From IMG/VR virus record IMGVR_UViG_3300047299_000127, positions 1 through 56,894 of that record: a stretch of 56,894 nucleotides of DNA; one strand, 5' to 3'. The notes below the pieces were generated by a model. The model saw only the letters and a list, made by a program, of their open reading frames with translations, searched no databases and was not told where the DNA came from. The position numbers were made by a program, and so were the translations under genes. Each line of letters starts with the position of its first letter. Position 1 is the stretch's first letter. Source of the stretch: a virus. Taxonomy: Duplodnaviria; Caudoviricetes. Positions 8,974-17,716 of this stretch are shown piece after piece.

Positions 8974-9397
8974 AGGTCACGCCCTCTTTTTCGACACGGA
9001 TGTCCTCGCCAGCCAGGGCCTGGCCATCTGCGCGCAACTCCATGTGGCCAAAGCTCGCCCGGTGGTACTCCTTGGGCGGCGATGAGGGCATGCGGATCAG
9101 GTCGGGCAGTGCGTCAATGACGATGCCCGCGATGCGGCGGCAGTTGGTGGGGGTTGGCTCGATGCCCAGGACTTCGCAGGCCTTCATGGACTTGCGCACG
9201 ACCTCGGGCACGTTGCGGGAGTTCTCGTCATCCCAGGTGAATGCCGCCGACTCCATGACGATGAACCACGGCGCACCGGCCCGAAAGGTCGGCACCATCA
9301 CCATGGCCCGCTCGTCGTTGACCCAGGTGAAGATGGTTGTGATGTCGCCGTGCTGGCGCGTCAGGTGCGCTTTGCGCGTATCGATGGATGCAGACAT
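8966..9397 (-). CDS. Hypothetical protein upstream of the portal
   Basis: 143 aa ORF coupled to the portal; DLIRMP motif; follows the late motif. Confidence 0.75.
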   Translation of the reverse strand: MSASIDTRKAHLTRQHGDITTIFTWVNDERAMVMVPTFRAGAPWFIVMESAAFTWDDENSRNVPEVVRKSMKACEVLGIEPTPTNCRRIAGIVIDALPDLIRMPSSPPKEYHRASFGHMELRADGQALAGEDIRVEKEGVTYG

Positions 9398-9428
9398 TTC
9401 GGCCCCAGAATGAACTGGGGTCCAAAAA

Positions 9429-9443
9429 TGCCATGCTTGCCAC
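9429..9443 (-). promoter_or_regulatory. Late-operon motif GTGGCAAGCATGGCA
   Basis: Exact copy about 30 nt upstream of the portal operon. Confidence 0.65.
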
Positions 9444-9511
9444 GGATCAGAGGCATGTCAGGCCTCGGTCAGGCGATCTCCGCATAAGACAATCTCGAAA
9501 AAGGAGTAAGC

Positions 9512-9745
9512 ATGAAGTCACCAAAAAACCTGTCCGTAATCCTCTTGGCTGCATTGCTGGCGGCCTGCGCCACGCCACAGGAACGGGCGGCCAAGGCAAT
9601 CGAGCGCCATGGACCATATTGCGAAGGCCTTGGTTACTCTCGCGGCACGGAATCCTTCATCAACTGCGTGCGTCAGGAGCAGGCGCGAATCGAGTACTTG
9701 GTGAACTCGTACCAGCAACCGGCTCAAGTCAAGGTCAAGAAATAG
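9512..9745 (+). CDS. Small lipoprotein moron, antisense to the late operon
   Basis: AAGGAG SD; signal peptide with lipobox LAAC; Cys pair (YCEGLGY...NC). Confidence 0.8.
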   Translation: MKSPKNLSVILLAALLAACATPQERAAKAIERHGPYCEGLGYSRGTESFINCVRQEQARIEYLVNSYQQPAQVKVKK

Positions 9746-11320
9746 TCAAACAGCCATGGCCGAACCCCGGCGCTTGAACGCCCCGGAACCTGGCGGGCGC
9801 GGCGCAGCGATGGCGGTCATGAAGGCGGTACCGGCATCGGCGGCCTGGCCAAACTGGCGGAAGGCGTCAGAGCCGTGGCTGTTGTCGTCGTGTTCGTGCT
9901 GGTCAGACCAGCAGCCTCTGGTCTTGTCCCACTTCTTGCGGTAGTTGCCCAGGCGCTTGAGGCCCTGGGCGCACTTGCCCTCATCGAACCAGCAGGACGA
10001 AAACACGTTGCGCGTGGCCTGAATGCCTGCGGTCAGGACCGTGACCCTGGGCACCACCTCAAAGCGCTGGCCAGGCATCAGGTTCTCCAGCATTTCCTTG
10101 AGCGATCGGTTCGTGTCCGGTGTCTCGCCCATGCGCTTATGGTCGGCCTCGTGCGGGAGGTAGTGGCGGCCAAATGGCAGGCCCAGCCCCTGGAGGTAAG
10201 TGGTGTAGTGGATGAAGTCCTCGCCGCTGGCCTCGTAGTACCCGATGAAGCGGTTTTCAGGGCCAATGCGCTGGTGCAGCCAAATACAGGTCATGTCACC
10301 GCGCCCGATGTCCCAGAAGGTGTTGACCGGCACAGCCTCGACCGGCAGGTGCGGCACGATGCGCCCTTGCTTGCGGGCATTGGCCAACTGGGTGGCGTAG
10401 TAGCAGCCCTCGGTCGATACCTGGAAGGCCTCTTCCGGGTAGCTGGGGTATTCCTGCCACATCAGCGGGGCCTCGTCCGCGAAGTCGGCGCGCAGCGTGG
10501 TCACGTACCAGGCGCGCTGTCCCTCGGTCAGCACGCGCTTGATCTTGCCCTCGACCTCCAGGAAGTACTTGAGGTTGGCATCCGTGAACACCACGCCCTC
10601 GGGGTCAAGGGTGTAGTTCGGCTCTTCCCACCAAGGGAAGAAGTGAAAACGGTAGTCCTTGGCTGTGAGGCTTGAGCCCTGATCGTGCAGCGCCTTGGCG
10701 CGCATGGTCATGTCGTAGAAAGGCCCGTCCTGCCCTTCGGCGGTGGACTCGATCACGGCAATGCCGGTCTTGGGCACGGCGGGCAGCGAGCCCGTCACCA
10801 CTTCGCGGGCCTTGTCCGGGAACTTGGCGGCGATCTTGCCGAACTCGGACACGTGCAGCCGGTGGATGGTGCCACCGCGCACGGATGTGGCCACACGGAT
10901 GCTCGATCCGTTGTGCGCCCACAGCAACTCGCTCTTGTTCTCGCTCTTGAGCGGCATGGCCTCGCGTAGCGAGGCCTCAAGGTTGTCGTAGGCGAACTTC
11001 ACCTTGTCGCGGAAGATGGCCTCGGCGGTCTCCCGGTCTTGGGCAATGATGCCGCACCGGATGGGGTCCTTTGAGAACAGCGCGGTGTCCAGCCACAGGA
11101 TGGCGATCAGGGTTGTGAACCCCAACTGCCGGGCCTTGAGGATGATGTTGCGCGTGTGCATCCTGGCCATAAGGCGGCGCTGGGCGCGGTTGGGCTTGAA
11201 CTGCACCACCAGCCCAATGTCGGCATCGTCGTCGCCCTTGATGATGATCTTGTAGAGGTTGCAGATCCTCCACATCGGATCGTTCAGGCGCTCGGCCAGG
11301 GTGGCAGCATCCAGCCCCAT
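9746..11320 (-). CDS. terL: Terminase large subunit
   Basis: Walker A ILKARQLGFTT, Walker B LHVSE, ESTAEG, RNase H-like FWDIG and HGSDAFR. Confidence 0.95.
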   Translation of the reverse strand: MGLDAATLAERLNDPMWRICNLYKIIIKGDDDADIGLVVQFKPNRAQRRLMARMHTRNIILKARQLGFTTLIAILWLDTALFSKDPIRCGIIAQDRETAEAIFRDKVKFAYDNLEASLREAMPLKSENKSELLWAHNGSSIRVATSVRGGTIHRLHVSEFGKIAAKFPDKAREVVTGSLPAVPKTGIAVIESTAEGQDGPFYDMTMRAKALHDQGSSLTAKDYRFHFFPWWEEPNYTLDPEGVVFTDANLKYFLEVEGKIKRVLTEGQRAWYVTTLRADFADEAPLMWQEYPSYPEEAFQVSTEGCYYATQLANARKQGRIVPHLPVEAVPVNTFWDIGRGDMTCIWLHQRIGPENRFIGYYEASGEDFIHYTTYLQGLGLPFGRHYLPHEADHKRMGETPDTNRSLKEMLENLMPGQRFEVVPRVTVLTAGIQATRNVFSSCWFDEGKCAQGLKRLGNYRKKWDKTRGCWSDQHEHDDNSHGSDAFRQFGQAADAGTAFMTAIAAPRPPGSGAFKRRGSAMAV

Positions 11321-11697
11321 CAGTGCCCCCCAACTCCACGGGAAAGCACATCGAGCAGCATGCCAGCCAGTTTTTTGGTTTCGCTCTCGTACTGGTTGAT
11401 CTTGGCGCGCTGGCCTGGCAACCATGACGGGCGCAGCTTCAGGGCAAGCACATCGTTATCGACGGTCACGATCCAGCTTTGACGACCGCCAGGCATGTGC
11501 AAGCGATGAAACTCCAGCGTGACGACCGAAAATTGCAGTAACTCGATGCGTTGAGCCCGGTTGAGTGGGCGCATGTCAACCGGATCAGCGGCTTGAATGC
11601 GAACGCGCCCCATGCGCTCCGCATACTCCAGCGCCCACATCGGCAGGTCAAAGACCGTGATGGGCTCCATGTCTCGGGTGTACAGCACCACATTCAT
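11320..11697 (-). CDS. Hypothetical protein
   Basis: 125 aa ORF coupled to terL (TGATG). Confidence 0.7.
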   Translation of the reverse strand: MNVVLYTRDMEPITVFDLPMWALEYAERMGRVRIQAADPVDMRPLNRAQRIELLQFSVVTLEFHRLHMPGGRQSWIVTVDNDVLALKLRPSWLPGQRAKINQYESETKKLAGMLLDVLSRGVGGH

Positions 11698-11699
11698 GC

Positions 11700-12152
11700 T
11701 CAGAACCCTCCAGGTGCCACCTGAAAACAGGCCACCCCCCTGGCGCGCCACATGTCCACCACCTTCTGGCGGTCATCGAACACAGCCACCAGGCGGCGGC
11801 GGTCGTGCGCTTTCATGGCATCGAGCCATGAGGATTTCAGCTGCTCGTCCGGGGTGTAGTCGCCCTCCACGCGCATGCACAGCGGCACGCCATGGGCGCA
11901 ATCGCCCAGGTGTTCGGCCAGCCAGTCCTGGGTGGGTTGCATGACCTCGGAACTGCGGCCAGACCAGACCCAAACATCGCATCCGGTGTCCAGCAGGCGC
12001 AAGAGCGTGTCGATCACGGGCGTGTTGGGCTCATCGTCCACGCAGGCAGCGAAGAAGGCGCGCCAGTCCTTGGTCTCGCCCTCAACCAAGTGGCGGCGGT
12101 GTTCGATCAGGGCCAGGGTCCCGTCCAGGTCAAAGATGTAGAGCGGTTTCAT
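11700..12152 (-). CDS. HAD-family phosphatase (T4 PNK 3'-phosphatase-like, standalone)
   Basis: FDLDGTLA motif I, SGR, MR..GD..PD...K, FDDR..VV.MWR..G..CFQV. Confidence 0.88.
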   Translation of the reverse strand: MKPLYIFDLDGTLALIEHRRHLVEGETKDWRAFFAACVDDEPNTPVIDTLLRLLDTGCDVWVWSGRSSEVMQPTQDWLAEHLGDCAHGVPLCMRVEGDYTPDEQLKSSWLDAMKAHDRRRLVAVFDDRQKVVDMWRARGVACFQVAPGGF

Positions 12153-12707
12153 TCAGTCGTCCTCGTCGTCAATGGGTGGCAGTCCTTGCGCAGGCCCCAG
12201 CACGTTGCCGCTGAGGCTGGCCAGCAGATCCACCAATGGATCGGACTTTTGCTTGTTGTCCAGTTCGTAGAGGCCCAAGATCTTCCCGGCCTTGTCCAAG
12301 GCGGAGTTCTTGTCCCAGAACTTGTATTCGATGCGCCCGTACTCATCGATCTTGAAGCTGGCTACAGCGGCGCGGGTGGCCGGGTCCAGTTCGTGGGGCA
12401 GCTTCACGCGACCATCGTCGTGCATGATCCCGGCGATGTCGGACAGGGCCACGCGCTTGATCTCGCGCAGTACTTGGGAGGCTTCCAACTCGGCGCGGTC
12501 GGCGGCGGCGGCCTGGAGTTGGCGAACCCTATGGGTAATCTCTGGGTTGGCCATCAGCTTCGAGGCCGTGTCGTTGACGGTCTCGGGCTTCATCTTCGAG
12601 GCCTTGTAGGCGGCGCGGTAGGCCTCGCTCAGGCTCTTGCCCTTGGCCACTTCCTGGGCAAAGACCTCTTGTTGTGGCGTCAAGCCATGCTCATTCTTGG
12701 CGCTCAT
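12153..12707 (-). CDS. terS: Terminase small subunit
   Basis: LTPQQEVFAQE...SEAYRAAY...ASKLMANPEI HTH; DKNSALDKAGKILG. Confidence 0.9.
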   Translation of the reverse strand: MSAKNEHGLTPQQEVFAQEVAKGKSLSEAYRAAYKASKMKPETVNDTASKLMANPEITHRVRQLQAAAADRAELEASQVLREIKRVALSDIAGIMHDDGRVKLPHELDPATRAAVASFKIDEYGRIEYKFWDKNSALDKAGKILGLYELDNKQKSDPLVDLLASLSGNVLGPAQGLPPIDDEDD

Positions 12708-13153
12708 GATCGAACTTCCTTCACTTCAATCCCGTGCCGCCACAGCATCAGCTTTCGCTTGAGCCTGAATTCAGGCGTCACGGCTCCCTTCACATCCTCG
12801 ACAACTTGGCACCCTTTCGCATCGGTGTAGACGAAATCGGCCAGGTAGACGGTGGGCCGCTCCTTCTTGCCGCTGGGGCTGACTTGCGCCGGGATCAACT
12901 CAAACGCCACTTGCAGGCGCAGGTCGCAGATCTCCCCTGCCCGCTCCAGCATGGCCAGGTACTGCCAGCGCTTGTGCTCGGCCTTGCTGTCAAAGCTCAG
13001 GCCCTTGTCCGTCACCTTCTCGTTCCCGTACTTCTGGGCGCGGCGCTGCTTCTCGGCTGGGTTGTCGCGCATGGCGGTGATCGAAGGCCTGCCAGCGATG
13101 CGGGCCTTGATGTCCACCAGTTGCTGGGGCGTCAGACGCATGGCTTTGCTCAC
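12704..13153 (-). CDS. DUF1064-family PD-(D/E)XK nuclease
   Basis: KYGN, FDSKAE, YLADFVY, VEDVKG motifs; GTGA coupling. Confidence 0.85.
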   Translation of the reverse strand: MSKAMRLTPQQLVDIKARIAGRPSITAMRDNPAEKQRRAQKYGNEKVTDKGLSFDSKAEHKRWQYLAMLERAGEICDLRLQVAFELIPAQVSPSGKKERPTVYLADFVYTDAKGCQVVEDVKGAVTPEFRLKRKLMLWRHGIEVKEVRS

Positions 13154-13359
13154 AGCAGTGCGTCCTCCACGTCCACGGGCGCATTGCCGCCGTAGTACTT
13201 CATCGGTGCCAGGCGGCAGACCCGGCGCAGGAATGGCTCGGGCGGGGTCGGGAATGGCCAAAGCGGGACGATGATCGACAGGTACAGGTACTTGTCGTCG
13301 CGCCGGACCTCGATGCCCTCGCGCCCATCGGGCGTGATCCACTTGTCGCCCTGGCTCAC
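13150..13359 (-). CDS. Hypothetical protein (69 aa)
   Basis: GGAGG SD, GTG start, coupled to the next gene. Confidence 0.6.
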   Translation of the reverse strand: MSQGDKWITPDGREGIEVRRDDKYLYLSIIVPLWPFPTPPEPFLRRVCRLAPMKYYGGNAPVDVEDALL

Positions 13360-13372
13360 AGCAGGTCCTCCC

Positions 13373-13615
13373 TCACGGCGTGGTGGACTTCGGCCCAACT
13401 GAGCGGCGTTTCTCCAGGCATTGGCGCACGGACTCCAGCACTCGCTCCCGGCCAGGGTTCAACGGGAAACGGTCGATGGCTGCCAGCATGGCTGACGCTT
13501 GGGCCTTGCTCGGGTAGGCGGACAACACCAGACGGGTGCAGCACTCCAGGCACTGGAAGCGGTACGCCCCACTGGTGGGCCGTTGCTTGGACGATTCGCA
13601 GGCTTGGCATGTCAC
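13373..13615 (-). CDS. Small zinc-finger protein
   Basis: CxxC ... CxxC; GTGA coupling to the upstream gene. Confidence 0.6.
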   Translation of the reverse strand: MTCQACESSKQRPTSGAYRFQCLECCTRLVLSAYPSKAQASAMLAAIDRFPLNPGRERVLESVRQCLEKRRSVGPKSTTP

Positions 13616-14238
13616 CGACCCCTCTCCGTCATGGCGGGCATGACCTTGAGCCGGGCTTTGCATTCCTCGATGAGCTTGCGCACCTTCTCGGGGTCAGCGC
13701 TGCCTTGGCCGGGCGCTGGCAGTGCATCGCGGCGCGGCGGCACCTCGGGCAGGTCTTGCTGGGCCAGCTTTTCCGCAAGCAAGCGCGTCCATCGGCCCTT
13801 GGCGGTCTGCCAGGATGCGTTGCGCAGGTCCCAGGTGCCGAACTCCACGGCTGCCCAGTACACGGCGCGGTGGCTCCACTGATCGCGGCCATCCTCACGC
13901 AGGCGCATCTGCTCGCAGGCTTCGCTGAATGCGGCCTCGGCGTCCAGCTGCGGGGCGCAGGCCTTGAGGAATTCCGTGATCGATGGTGGCCAGTCGTACT
14001 GGCGGGCGCATGCCCGGATGCCATCGGCCACTTGCTGGGGCGTGATCCCGGCATCGATGAACGCATCGGCCCAGGCCTCGCGCCAGTTGCGAATGGAGTC
14101 CTCGCCGGGGAATGCGGCGCGCCAGCGCTGCGGGTACATCCCGTCCAGGCGATTGAAAAGGTGGTCCATCAGGGACAAGCGGCGGTCCCCGATCTGCCTG
14201 GGCTCAAGCCAGGCGCTGCGCTGCAACGTCAATGACAT
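13612..14238 (-). CDS. Replication protein P-like (helicase loader)
   Basis: LFNRLDGMYPQRW, WPPSITEF and WSHRAVYWA motifs; follows the initiator. Confidence 0.7.
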   Translation of the reverse strand: MSLTLQRSAWLEPRQIGDRRLSLMDHLFNRLDGMYPQRWRAAFPGEDSIRNWREAWADAFIDAGITPQQVADGIRACARQYDWPPSITEFLKACAPQLDAEAAFSEACEQMRLREDGRDQWSHRAVYWAAVEFGTWDLRNASWQTAKGRWTRLLAEKLAQQDLPEVPPRRDALPAPGQGSADPEKVRKLIEECKARLKVMPAMTERGR

Positions 14239-15121
14239 CGGCTTGCTCCTTGTGGGCTTGGTTGACGAATGCCACCGGGTCGAACTTGGTCGGTCGGTAG
14301 CTGCCTGCCGGGTTGTGCTGGCCCTTGGCCAAGTTCTGGGCGTCCTGCAACTGCCCCTTCACGATGCCGATGGCGTAGGCGAAGCTCTTGCCCTTCTCCA
14401 CGGCCTGGCGTGCGGCCTGCTCAAACATGCCAATCTCGGCTCCGCGCTCGATCAGGGCGGCCAGGTCCGGGTGCGAAGGGTTGACGGTGGGCAGGCCTGC
14501 GGCGCGCATGGCAAAGCAGATGGCCGTGGATTTGGACACGGGCCTGGGTTGCTCTGGCGGATCGTTGGACCTGTCCCCAACAGTGGTTGAACTGTGTGTG
14601 TCTTTAACTACTGGTGTCTGGTGACTGGTGTCTGGTGTCTGGTTAGCCGTGTTGTCACGCGTGACAGGTGGCGTGACAGGTCCAGACGAAAGCCGTGACA
14701 CCATGGCTTGTAGCTGTTCGGTCGATGCGTCCCATGGCGCGGTGTAACCGTGCTGGCGCAGGGTGTCGAAGAGGGCTTTGCGCCTCTCGCGGGATCTGCG
14801 CTGACGCTCGCGGTCGTTCTCTCGCTTGGCCTCGGCGCTGGGTTGCTTTTCTTGGTACCGAGCGATTTCGGCATCACAGCGCTTGTGCCTCCAGCCATCG
14901 GTGGACTGGACGAAAAACTCTTCCAGCACGACCTTGACCGCATCGCGCTCGGGCTTGGTGATGGCTCTGGCCAGGCGGCAAACCTCCTTGAGGTCGCCGG
15001 GCAATGGCCTCTCGCGGGTGTAGTAGGCGTCGATCAGGCGGCGGTAGGCCCCGTCCTCAACCATGGACAGGTGCGCCGTGTCCCGAACGTAGTCGCCCAG
15101 GTGATGCTCGTAATAGTTCAT
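14204..15121 (-). CDS. Replication initiator, YdaU/DUF1376 family
   Basis: MNYYEHHLGDYVRDTAHLS..EDGAYRRLID.YY..E.PL; WRHKRCDAEI. Confidence 0.88.
   Translation of the reverse strand: MNYYEHHLGDYVRDTAHLSMVEDGAYRRLIDAYYTRERPLPGDLKEVCRLARAITKPERDAVKVVLEEFFVQSTDGWRHKRCDAEIARYQEKQPSAEAKRENDRERQRRSRERRKALFDTLRQHGYTAPWDASTEQLQAMVSRLSSGPVTPPVTRDNTANQTPDTSHQTPVVKDTHSSTTVGDRSNDPPEQPRPVSKSTAICFAMRAAGLPTVNPSHPDLAALIERGAEIGMFEQAARQAVEKGKSFAYAIGIVKGQLQDAQNLAKGQHNPAGSYRPTKFDPVAFVNQAHKEQADVIDVAAQRLA
14595..14700. repeat. Probable replication origin iterons inside the initiator gene
   Basis: CGTGACA x3 plus inverted TGTCAC, next to tandem CTGGTGT repeats. Confidence 0.55.
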
Positions 15122-15471
15122 CCAACCCACACCCACACTGTCTTTGGACACCCGTGACTCATGGGGTCCTTCACCGGGGCGTAGCCCACCCGAGAAATCA
15201 GGCGTGACCTGGAGGCCTTGACGATGATTGCGCCCCATGCGCGGGGCTCGGGCGGCTCGGGCACGATGCCCTTGGCGGCGTGGCGCGCGTCCTCACCCAG
15301 GAAGGGCTGGCCCTGGCGGGCCTTGGCCCAGCGGACAAAGAACTCCCAGGCCTGGCTGGTCCACTGGCCCTGGCTCTTGCGGTCGGCGGCCTCGGCGGCG
15401 CTTTGCGCGGCCAAAAGGCCCAACTGCTGGCCAATGTGTGCGGGGTGACGGTTGTGGGTGGCGGTCTCCAT
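15118..15471 (-). CDS. Hypothetical protein (possible winged helix)
   Basis: 117 aa; AAGGAG SD; RAWGAI and SHGCPKTVW motifs. Confidence 0.75.
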   Translation of the reverse strand: METATHNRHPAHIGQQLGLLAAQSAAEAADRKSQGQWTSQAWEFFVRWAKARQGQPFLGEDARHAAKGIVPEPPEPRAWGAIIVKASRSRLISRVGYAPVKDPMSHGCPKTVWVWVG

Positions 15472-15489
15472 GGTGGCTTACTCCTTGTG

Positions 15490-15804
15490 TTATGTGGCTC
15501 GGTAGCGCAGGTACCGTGAGTTGCGTGCCGTGTCGGGCACGCACTCCACCAGGCGTTGGGACCGCAAGAACAAGAGCGCCCAATCAACGCTCTTGGCACT
15601 GCGGCCTGTGCCTTTGACGATCTGCGCGTGTGTGAGGAACATGCCGCGCTTGGCCAGCAAGAAGGCCAGCACAGCGGCAGTAGCGCTGCCTTCGCGGATG
15701 ACGCCGGGAGGGCGCGGGTTGTAGCGGGGCACTTGCAGGCCCAGGCCATGCTGGCGCTTCTCAGCTATCAGGGTCAGCTGGGCGACCATCCACGACGAAC
15801 TCAT
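15490..15804 (-). CDS. Winged-helix DNA-binding protein
   Basis: LTHAQIVKGTGRSAKSVDWALLFLR HTH followed by a beta wing. Confidence 0.7.
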   Translation of the reverse strand: MSSSWMVAQLTLIAEKRQHGLGLQVPRYNPRPPGVIREGSATAAVLAFLLAKRGMFLTHAQIVKGTGRSAKSVDWALLFLRSQRLVECVPDTARNSRYLRYRAT

Positions 15805-16052
15805 CCGAGGTTTTCCCGAGATTCGTCGGATGGACCCATGGTGAGGGGTCGTGTCATCCTTCGCACCATGGACAATTCACCGAACACGGCCCGCTCGATC
15901 AGCATGCGCACGTACTCAGCCTTGGGTACGCCCATGCTCACGGCCATGGCGATCACCGCCTCGTTGAGTTCCTCGCTGACGGGGATGTCCAGGCGCGCAA
16001 CCAGCTTGCCATCGGGGTTTGATCTGCCAGATCGACTGAGCATCGTGTTCAT
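15801..16052 (-). CDS. Ribbon-helix-helix regulator (cII position)
   Basis: RLDIPVSEELNEAVIAMA..MGVPKAEYVRMLIE. Confidence 0.7.
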   Translation of the reverse strand: MNTMLSRSGRSNPDGKLVARLDIPVSEELNEAVIAMAVSMGVPKAEYVRMLIERAVFGELSMVRRMTRPLTMGPSDESRENLG

Positions 16053-16068
16053 GGTTTGGGGGTCCTAC

Positions 16069-16305
16069 ATGTCTGAAAACTTTTGGTGGCAGGCAGCCGC
16101 GCTCTTTTGGGCGGCTGTCTGCTTCTTCCGGGTGGGCGCGATGACAAAGGGCATTGCGATGAACCGCCGCACGTGGCTTGAGATCGGGCAGGCAGCGTTC
16201 ATCGTTGTGGTCCTCTTCGCCTTACTTACCGAGGGCCGTGGCTGTCGCAGTGCGGGCACGTCGAGCCTTGAGCCCGCCTCGTGCGTTGGGGATGCGCAGT
16301 GCTGA
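16069..16305 (+). CDS. Possible small two-TM membrane protein convergent with cro
   Basis: 78 aa with two hydrophobic segments; overlaps the cro 3' end; weak SD. Confidence 0.45.
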   Translation: MSENFWWQAAALFWAAVCFFRVGAMTKGIAMNRRTWLEIGQAAFIVVVLFALLTEGRGCRSAGTSSLEPASCVGDAQC

Positions 16306-16497
16306 TGTCCGCTTGTCGTGCTTCTCAAACCAGTCGAGCAGCGGCTGCACGGTGTCCAGGCGTGGCGAGCACTGGCCCGCATGGATGCGGCTTACGGTGG
16401 CCTGTGGCACCCCGCTCTCCTTAGCGATGCGGTTGTGCTGGCCAGCGAGTTCAGACAAGCGCCTGCGGAGGTAGTCGTAGATCGGTTCTTTGTTCAT
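16222..16497 (-). CDS. cro: Cro-like HTH repressor
   Basis: NRIAKESGVPQATVSRI HTH; divergent from the cI-like gene. Confidence 0.82.
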   Translation of the reverse strand: MNKEPIYDYLRRRLSELAGQHNRIAKESGVPQATVSRIHAGQCSPRLDTVQPLLDWFEKHDKRTSALRIPNARGGLKARRARTATATALGK

Positions 16498-16510
16498 GGC
16501 CCCCTGAGTG

Positions 16511-16562
16511 TATCCGTATCCGGATATTTAATCAACCACATCCGGATATCCATTTATGGAAT
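16511..16562. promoter_or_regulatory. Three operators (TATCCG-N4-CGGATA family) of the lysis/lysogeny switch
   Basis: 16511-16526, 16533-16548 and 16547-16562, between cro and cI. Confidence 0.8.
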
Positions 16563-16572
16563 CATTGGAACC

Positions 16573-17055
16573 ATGGAATCTCTACGACAACGACTTGCCC
16601 GCTTGATGCGGGAACTGATGGGCACAACGCTCGTGGACACACAGACCAAGGTGTCCGCGAAGGCGGGTGTGTCGCAATCCACAGTTCAGCGGCTGCTGTC
16701 GCTGGAACAGGCCGCGACCGTGGACCTCTTGGAGTCGTTGGCCAAAGCGTTTGGCGTCAAAAATGCGCAGTACCTGCTGCTTGAGCGTGAGGAAGCAAAA
16801 CTCTTATCACTTTGGTCGGGTCTCAATGCCGAGGACCGGCAGACCGTTCTGGGCTTTATTCAGATGAAGGCCCAGGTCAAACCCGTGCACGATCTACCAG
16901 CGCAACTCAGCTTCGATTCCGGCACGCCGGTGTCGCCCGAGTTGCGCGCTGCGTCGAAGCGGGCATCGGTGAGGAAGCCGGGAACAGACTCCCTGAGCAA
17001 CCAATCAGATGACAAGGCAAGATCCACCACACCACGCGCACGGCGCAAGGCTTGA
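16573..17055 (+). CDS. cI: CI-like XRE-HTH repressor lacking an S24 autoprotease domain
   Basis: QTKVSAKAGVSQSTVQRLL...ATVDLLESLAKAFGV; LL.LW.GLN.EDRQTV.GF dimerisation helices. Confidence 0.8.
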   Translation: MESLRQRLARLMRELMGTTLVDTQTKVSAKAGVSQSTVQRLLSLEQAATVDLLESLAKAFGVKNAQYLLLEREEAKLLSLWSGLNAEDRQTVLGFIQMKAQVKPVHDLPAQLSFDSGTPVSPELRAASKRASVRKPGTDSLSNQSDDKARSTTPRARRKA

Positions 17056-17338
17056 CACCGTTCACAGCTTTCAACCCCACCCCGAGCGCATCAAGCGCAT
17101 CCGCGACTGGCACCAGGCGCAAGCCACCGCCGAGCAAGTCCCTGTCGCGCTCTTGTCCCTGGGCATCACCGACTGCGGGCAGGTCAAGACCACCGGCCTG
17201 GCCATCGAGCCAGAGCACGCGCTGATCTTCCTGGCTGAGTTGGAGTCGGTATCTGTTCGCCTGCGCGCCTTTGTCCAGGCCAAGCGCACGCCGACCGTCC
17301 CACCGGCAGACATCCTCCCTTTCGAGCGCAGGGCCTAG
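17009..17338 (+). CDS. Hypothetical protein co-transcribed with the repressor
   Basis: 109 aa ORF overlapping the cI 3' end. Confidence 0.6.
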   Translation: MTRQDPPHHAHGARLDTVHSFQPHPERIKRIRDWHQAQATAEQVPVALLSLGITDCGQVKTTGLAIEPEHALIFLAELESVSVRLRAFVQAKRTPTVPPADILPFERRA

Positions 17339-17388
17339 CGCCCTACCCCCTCGATCAAGCGTTGCCGTGGAGACACGGCGGCGAAAAA

Positions 17389-17422
17389 TATCCGTTGACG
17401 AATATCCGGATACGGATATACT
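17389..17422 (+). promoter_or_regulatory. Early sigma70 promoter with two operators
   Basis: TTGACG (17395) and TATACT (17417), overlapped by operators at 17389-17404 and 17403-17418. Confidence 0.75.
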
Positions 17423-17455
17423 TGGACACATCAGGAACTTTCAAAGGAGTCAGGA

Positions 17456-17716
17456 ATGGAAAAAGTGCCCTACCTCTACCGCCCCATCGCCATGTACGGC
17501 GGCAAGGTGCTCAAGTGCTGCGGTATCGCCACCGAAATCAGCCGCGCCATTGTTTCGGACCAATCGGTCGGCCTGGGACTTGTGAAAGACGATGCCCTCA
17601 TGACCAACGGCATCGTGGTCGAGACCAGCGAATACAAAGGCGACCGGATCTATGCGGAAAGCCTGGAGCCTTTCATTGCAGGAAGCCTGCAACCTTTCGT
17701 GGAGCAAGCAGCATGA
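17456..17716 (+). CDS. Hypothetical early protein
   Basis: AAGGAG SD; first gene after the early promoter. Confidence 0.75.
   Translation: MEKVPYLYRPIAMYGGKVLKCCGIATEISRAIVSDQSVGLGLVKDDALMTNGIVVETSEYKGDRIYAESLEPFIAGSLQPFVEQAA

Noticed and set aside
11321-11425. N-terminal extension of TerL
   Set aside because: Overlaps the upstream gene; TGATG coupling supports the ATG at 11320
14595-14700. Short repeats as a CRISPR array or DGR repeats
   Set aside because: 7-bp units with no spacers, and no cas or reverse transcriptase gene; they fit origin iterons
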